IMG/VR virus record: IMGVR_UViG_3300027820_000030
Source of the DNA: an uncultured virus (IMG/VR IMGVR_UViG_3300027820_000030)
Taxonomy: Duplodnaviria > Heunggongvirae > Uroviricota > Caudoviricetes
Reading direction: 5' to 3' (one strand)
DNA length: 20,000 nucleotides
The translations under genes and the position numbers were made by a program. Every line of letters starts with the position of its first letter. Within the stretch, counting starts at the first letter, position 1. Of the stretch, positions 15,622-20,000 are shown one piece after another. The notes beneath the pieces are model-generated. The model saw nothing but the letters and a program-made list of their open reading frames with translations. It had not been told where the DNA came from and made no database searches.

Positions 15622-17137
15622 TTAGCATCTTCCTTAAATTGGCTATACTTTCTCTTGCTGTTTCTTTTGATTTCTGGTGCCTTTTGGCGCTCTTTATGTT
15701 TAGGTGCTTTATAAAATTGCTAACCTCTGCGCTCGGGTCAGTTGGAGAAAACTTGAAGCTCTTATCGGGCCATTCACCAAACTTTTCTTTGTATTTATGA
15801 CCTATCCATCCAAATTTCCAATTCTTGCCTTCGTTGTTTTTCATCTGCCAGTATCCGCATAGCTCACGCCACCAGCGTTTTTTATCTTCCTGCTGCTGCA
15901 TAGACACCGGAGCTATTTCGATGCTTTCGTCGACTTCTCCGTCCTCGCCGTATATCGGCTTAAATCCGCACTTTTCACAAACGTATTGACCGGCGGGCTT
16001 TATGTAGTGGCATGAAGGGCACTCCTTCTCTTTTTTCTCTGGCTTTTCCTTCTCCCTCGCCTGCTGCGCCTCTTTGTATGCGTCTCCAGTACTAAACAGC
16101 TCGTCGTATTCTATTTCGTGCGGCATGCCAAGCCTGTAGAATGTGCCTGAGTGATCTAGAATGATTGCTTTGTCTTTTCCTTTGGCCAACCTCAGAGCAC
16201 GTCCAATGCTTTGTATCCAGCGCATTTCTGACTTTGTTGGCTTGGCATAGATTACGCACCTTACATCAGCGTCGAAACCTTCGACCAACACATCAACGGA
16301 GCAGATTATTTTAACTATACCGTCGTCAAACGCCTTAAAAATTCTCTGCCTTTCTTCTTTTGGCGTGCTTCCTGTCATTACCTCGGCCTTTATGCCAGCC
16401 TTACGTAATTCAACTGTCAAAAAATTGGCGTGCAGTACATTGCAGCAAAATGCTATCGTTGGAAGTCCTTTGCCATACTTTAACCATGTGGTAACTATGT
16501 CACCGGCAATTTTTGCATCGCCCATTATTTCTGATATTTGCTCTTCGTTATAATCGCTGCCATAGGTGTTAGACCAGTTACTTTTTACACCTTTTAGATC
16601 TGGCTTTGTTGGCACGAAAAATTCATAGTTAGACAAGTAGCCTTGCTCCATTAAATCCTTTGTCGTTACCTGCTTGATGAAGTTTTGGTACACGTTACCC
16701 ATCCATGGCGCAAGCGGCGTTGCTGTTAAACCGATTACCTTAACGTCAGAGTTGTCTATGTATTCAATTAGTGGCTTTGACCTTATATGCGCCTCATCGA
16801 CTATAATAACGTCATAGTCGTCGTAACCCCTTCTGGCTAATGTCTGCACCGTGCCAACCTGGATATTTTTAGACGGGTCGGTCATTTCATGGTCAGCCTG
16901 TATAACGCCGCATGGTATCCCGAAATTCTCGAAGTGCTTTACCGTCTGGTTCACAAGTGCTGTACGCGGAACTGTAAAAAGCGCTCTCATGCCGTTACTA
17001 TGCAAGCCTTTCATTATCTCAGAGGCTATTATTGATTTCCCTGCCCCCGTTGGCGCTTGTATTAAGTGCGTGTTGTATTTTTTCCAGTGATGCCTAAGCT
17101 GATTAATTATTGTCTCTTGGTATTTCCTTAATTTCAT
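15611..17137 (-). CDS. Superfamily 2 DEAD/DEAH helicase with a C-terminal Zn ribbon
   Basis: APTGAGKS, IIVDEAH, GLTATP and QSIGRALR motifs; CPSC...CEKC. Confidence 0.95.
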   Translation of the reverse strand: MKLRKYQETIINQLRHHWKKYNTHLIQAPTGAGKSIIASEIMKGLHSNGMRALFTVPRTALVNQTVKHFENFGIPCGVIQADHEMTDPSKNIQVGTVQTLARRGYDDYDVIIVDEAHIRSKPLIEYIDNSDVKVIGLTATPLAPWMGNVYQNFIKQVTTKDLMEQGYLSNYEFFVPTKPDLKGVKSNWSNTYGSDYNEEQISEIMGDAKIAGDIVTTWLKYGKGLPTIAFCCNVLHANFLTVELRKAGIKAEVMTGSTPKEERQRIFKAFDDGIVKIICSVDVLVEGFDADVRCVIYAKPTKSEMRWIQSIGRALRLAKGKDKAIILDHSGTFYRLGMPHEIEYDELFSTGDAYKEAQQAREKEKPEKKEKECPSCHYIKPAGQYVCEKCGFKPIYGEDGEVDESIEIAPVSMQQQEDKKRWWRELCGYWQMKNNEGKNWKFGWIGHKYKEKFGEWPDKSFKFSPTDPSAEVSNFIKHLNIKSAKRHQKSKETARESIANLRKMLNER

Positions 17138-17364
17138 TTTTGCAACTCCAGAAGCTTGTCTATATGCTCTCGTAACCGCCTGTTTGCCTCACGCCTGTAC
17201 TTACCCTCATCAAATACAGGACACTCCCCCTGTGAGTAAATTTCGGTGTACTTGTCCATGATGCCTAAATTTCTGGCCTTGTATGGGTTCTTATCTAACT
17301 GCTCTTTTATCCAATCAATGTCTTTTGGGTTGCAGTTTATTGGGTGCCCGTATATTTCAGCCAT
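17134..17364 (-). CDS. Small replication-module protein preceding the helicase
   Basis: DIDWIKEQL...KYTEIY...RREANRRLRE; ATGA overlap with the helicase. Start uncertain (17364, 17376 or 17388). Confidence 0.7.
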   Translation of the reverse strand: MAEIYGHPINCNPKDIDWIKEQLDKNPYKARNLGIMDKYTEIYSQGECPVFDEGKYRREANRRLREHIDKLLELQK

Positions 17365-17545
17365 GACGTAAAACATTCCCGTTCGCATCCTCTATCTTGA
17401 CGAAAACCCTGCCGCAGGCCCTGCAAGTTTTTGACATCACGCTGATTGGTAGTTCAGGCACAAAACCTAGCCACTCAACCGCCTTTTTCTCCGTAGACAC
17501 TTCGTAATTACTCTCACCACATAAACCACCACACTTACAATACAT
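17357..17545 (-). CDS. Small Zn-ribbon protein (62 aa)
   Basis: CKCGG...CRACG. Confidence 0.7.
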   Translation of the reverse strand: MYCKCGGLCGESNYEVSTEKKAVEWLGFVPELPISVMSKTCRACGRVFVKIEDANGNVLRHG

Positions 17546-17549
17546 AACT

Positions 17550-18016
17550 CATTACCCTAGATTCTGAAAGAGGTTGTTAAGAACATACACTCACCTACGC
17601 AGTTAAGCGCAGGCAAGTGCAGCATTATTACCCTGAGTTCGTCAGTCGGCCAATAAAGCCAGAGCCTAAATAACATTATCTCTGGTCGGTACGTATGCCT
17701 GTTATAGCACCCTATCCACTGTACCGCGTTATTTATAGAGTTCGGCCAAGGTTTCCCAATGTAGCCTCTCGCAATAACCACTCATTCGTGTGTCGCTTTG
17801 ATAAGATTCCGCAGTAACGACTTTATCACTACGCGCTGCCGTTTCATTTCTGTCCGTCCACGCAGTGAACCAAATGTGCCAGCATGTGATAGGAAAAGAC
17901 TATCAGCAAAGTTGAAATATAAAGGAAGGTGCTATAAGATATGTTTAGCCGTGAAGGTTGCTTATGCATTTCCTGTTCATGTATTTCACCAAGGTGCTGG
18001 TAACACCGTTCGGTTA
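17550..18016 (-). ncRNA. Putative long structured leader or primer-like RNA of the replication operon
   Basis: No convincing ORF; has its own promoter; hairpins and a long-range helix whose G-U pairs form only on the minus strand. Confidence 0.5.
17912..17940 (+). promoter_or_regulatory. Sigma70-like antisense promoter
   Basis: TTGAAA-N17-TAAGAT. Confidence 0.7.
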
Positions 18017-18022
18017 AGCTTA

Positions 18023-18051
18023 AATATAACCCCGCTATGATTTCAGGTCAA
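18023..18051 (-). promoter_or_regulatory. Sigma70-like promoter for the leader/replication operon
   Basis: Minus strand TTGACC-N17-TATATT, embedded in the antisense RNA terminator. Confidence 0.7.
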
Positions 18052-18066
18052 GCGGGGTTTTGTTTT
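18028..18066 (+). terminator. Rho-independent terminator (+ strand, possibly bidirectional)
   Basis: AACCCCGCT-N14-AGCGGGGTT-TTGTTTT. Confidence 0.8.
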
Positions 18067-18481
18067 AGTAGTAACGCTCAACCTTCAACGGGTCGTCAAC
18101 AGGATGATATCTGCAAATTATGTATGCATGTCTACCGACTTCGTTTTGCTGGCTTCTTGTGCCGTCATCCCATAGCTGCCAACCTTCTTTTTCGTATTTT
18201 GCAAAATCGTTTGCAACATATCCTGCCACCACTTTTTTGTCGTAACTTTCCGGACTGACCATGCTCACTCTTTTAACTTCTTTCCTCATTGCTATGTTGG
18301 CTTTTTCGTAAATTTTGCATTCTGCTTTTACTCCTGAAAGTCCAGTTATAAGCAATGCAAGCTCTTTTCCGCTTAATCTTAATTCCATTATATTGTTGTG
18401 CGAATGAGCATCCTCTATCTCAATTGAGTAGTTGTCGTCACCCTTTCTGCCAAACGTTAAGCTTGCTGTTGTAATCTTCAT
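18065..18481 (-). CDS. Hypothetical protein (138 aa)
   Basis: GGAGGG RBS before ATG 18481 (MKITTASL...). Confidence 0.8.
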   Translation of the reverse strand: MKITTASLTFGRKGDDNYSIEIEDAHSHNNIMELRLSGKELALLITGLSGVKAECKIYEKANIAMRKEVKRVSMVSPESYDKKVVAGYVANDFAKYEKEGWQLWDDGTRSQQNEVGRHAYIICRYHPVDDPLKVERYY

Positions 18482-18482
18482 A

Positions 18483-18671
18483 TCACCCTCCAATCTTATC
18501 AATAAAAACCGTCGTTCTCGTTTCACGTATCCGGTATAGGCCGTAATACTGTTTAGGTTTGGATTTACCGCCGTATAGGGGTAAGCCGTTTGGGTTTGCT
18601 TTAAGGTGCTCGTCTAGAGCCATGATTGCACGCGGCGATAGTGGCGAGCAGTTGAATGTTACTTTTTTCAT
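18483..18671 (-). CDS. Hypothetical protein (62 aa)
   Basis: ATGA coupling to the DUF1364 gene. Confidence 0.7.
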   Translation of the reverse strand: MKKVTFNCSPLSPRAIMALDEHLKANPNGLPLYGGKSKPKQYYGLYRIRETRTTVFIDKIGG

Positions 18672-18943
18672 TTGACCACCAATAACCCTTTCTCATAAAG
18701 TTTCATCTGTGTCTCTTGAAGCGCTCGCAATTGGTCATAGCCGCTAACGTCGCCGCGGTCTAGCATTTGATGACAGTTGTAGCAGCCATAAACACCGAAC
18801 AGGTCGGGCGACTTTAAGCCGACGCCGCGAAAGTTGCTGTTAAGGTGGCAAAATACAACCGTTTCACCATCTTGGCATTGAACACTGACACGTAATGCGC
18901 ATGATTCACCGCGTGCGCTGTCGCGTATTTTTTTAGATTTCAC
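18668..18943 (-). CDS. DUF1364/YbcO-like Zn-binding nuclease-fold protein
   Basis: IRDSARGESC...C...ETVVFCH...GVGLKSPD...GCYNCH pattern; follows ninB. Confidence 0.85.
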   Translation of the reverse strand: MKSKKIRDSARGESCALRVSVQCQDGETVVFCHLNSNFRGVGLKSPDLFGVYGCYNCHQMLDRGDVSGYDQLRALQETQMKLYEKGLLVVK

Positions 18944-19383
18944 TCTCCATCCCTCATTAAAGCCTGGATATATAAATCATCAGGGTGTGAAAACTGACAT
19001 CCAAGCGATTCAAGCGCCCATACTTCATAGCGCGTTAAAAATTCAGCGAACTCCTTAACCTTTAGCTTTTTGGTTTCGGTTCGCTTAACCTCTGGCTCAC
19101 CTAAAACTGTCACGACACGTTTAGGTAAAAGCCGATTTACAACATAGTCGTGAATATCCTCAGCCGCGTAAGTTTCGCCGCGAGTCTCTTCGATATGCTT
19201 TGCTAATTCAGCGTGAAAGACCCCCCAAAGGAGGCGATTTTGCTTGCTGCTTCGAGTTTCCTCGTCAGGCTTGATAGTGACTATAATGTCTTTTTTGTGC
19301 GCATAAGCCTCGCGCAATGCAGATTTTACCATTTCGGGCCAGTGTGCAGCTTGCGAGAATGGCAGGCGCTTGGTTAGTTTCAT
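18940..19383 (-). CDS. ninB: NinB/YbcN-family recombination protein
   Basis: RSSKQNRLLW and TKKLKVKEFAEFL motifs; nin-region context. Confidence 0.8.
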   Translation of the reverse strand: MKLTKRLPFSQAAHWPEMVKSALREAYAHKKDIIVTIKPDEETRSSKQNRLLWGVFHAELAKHIEETRGETYAAEDIHDYVVNRLLPKRVVTVLGEPEVKRTETKKLKVKEFAEFLTRYEVWALESLGCQFSHPDDLYIQALMRDGE

Positions 19384-19844
19384 TCTCCTGCCCTTATAAA
19401 TTCTCTCGCGCAGTCCAGCAGAGAATTGTTCAACTCTGTGACATCCTCCTGAAGAAAGTAAAGTTTTGGCGGTATATGGCCGGCGCCTTTTGTTCTGTGC
19501 GCAACCCTACTATTAAGGGCCTCCTTAATGATTGACACAAGCCGAGAAACTGCTTCAGCCTCATCCATGTAAATACTACTGGATGGTAAAGATTTGTTAT
19601 ATATTGGATTGTAATGCACAATCTCTCTGGCTTCGACATCATTGAGCATATCAATGTCGCAATCGAAAAATTCTATTCCGTCAAACTCCTTGTCGTTTCT
19701 GTAGAAGTGCTGAGCAATTCGGCTTTTTATGTTTTTTGTCTGTCCGACGTAAACAACTTTGCTTCCTTGCTTTAAATGATAAATCCCAACTCCATCTGGG
19801 TTTACGCCTAGTTTTTCCATGAAGTCATCAAGCATCGTTCTCAT
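19380..19844 (-). CDS. GIY-YIG nuclease domain protein
   Basis: GIYHL...VVYVGQTKNIKSRIAQH...E...I...NPIYN. Confidence 0.85.
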   Translation of the reverse strand: MRTMLDDFMEKLGVNPDGVGIYHLKQGSKVVYVGQTKNIKSRIAQHFYRNDKEFDGIEFFDCDIDMLNDVEAREIVHYNPIYNKSLPSSSIYMDEAEAVSRLVSIIKEALNSRVAHRTKGAGHIPPKLYFLQEDVTELNNSLLDCAREFIRAGE

Positions 19845-19994
19845 TTCTTACACTCCTTAGCATGCTGTTTCATTACCAGCTCAGCGACAATGCCTGACTT
19901 AGTGTTTATCAATGCACACTCATCTGAGCGTTTCTTTTTTAGCTCATCAAGCAGCCTGTCGATATTCGCGTTAACTGATATTTTTATTGCTCAT
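19841..19994 (-). pseudogene. Frameshifted ribbon-helix-helix-like regulator (or a homopolymer sequencing error)
   Basis: The frame from ATG 19994 stops after 7 codons. Removing one A from the A5 run gives MSNKISVNANIDRLLDELKKKRS...IVAELVMKQHAKECKK*, whose stop overlaps the GIY-YIG start. Confidence 0.6.
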
Positions 19995-20000
19995 TTTCTT

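Larger units (their letters stand above)
17945..18066 (+). ncRNA. Putative ~120-nt antisense RNA (multi-stem body plus terminator)
   Basis: Stems TTAGCCG/CGGTTAA, ATGCAT/ATGTAT and GGTG/CACC; G-U pairs favour the + strand; bounded by a promoter and a terminator. Confidence 0.6.

Noticed and set aside
209..16553. Many short antisense or alternative-frame ORFs within coat, portal, terL, fibre and helicase genes
   Set aside because: Shadow ORFs of well-supported genes, without RBS or motifs.
17590..17645. Hammerhead-like CUGACGA on the minus strand
   Set aside because: The stem that follows is not closed by GAAA, and I could not build the other core helices.
17557..18258. ORFs 17557-17781 (-), 17798-18040 (+) and 18037-18258 (+)
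   Set aside because: No clear RBS or protein-like character; they overlap promoters, RNA structures or a better gene on the other strand.
1..20000. CRISPR arrays, tRNAs, integrase, reverse transcriptase/DGR, stop-codon recoding
   Set aside because: None seen; the long genes are intact under the standard code and all three stop codons terminate genes.

Overview
A 20 kb segment of a tailed dsDNA phage or prophage with a P22-like (podovirus-type) head module; a gammaproteobacterial host is my inference. Almost all genes are on the minus strand. From right to left the window carries: (1) a frameshifted ribbon-helix-helix regulator, GIY-YIG, NinB and DUF1364 genes and two hypothetical genes; (2) a ~500 bp structured non-coding region with convergent sigma70-like promoters; (3) a small Zn-ribbon gene, a small replication-module gene, an SF2 helicase and a TOPRIM primase-like protein that lacks its N-terminal Zn-binding domain; (4) small early genes, with an HNH-AP2 endonuclease behind a C4-like RNA leader; (5) a promoter/short RNA/terminator unit; (6) a beta-helix fibre gene, terS, terL and portal; (7) a 7-gene cassette on the opposite strand led by a stand-alone GntR HTH; (8) scaffold, coat, a small gene, a gp4-like adaptor with an extra C-terminal domain, and a second fibre gene running off the left edge. 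The most notable item is a putative antisense-RNA / long-leader-RNA switch, laid out like ColE1 RNAI/RNAII, directly upstream of the replication genes. All calls come from manual reading; no searches or folding programs were run.
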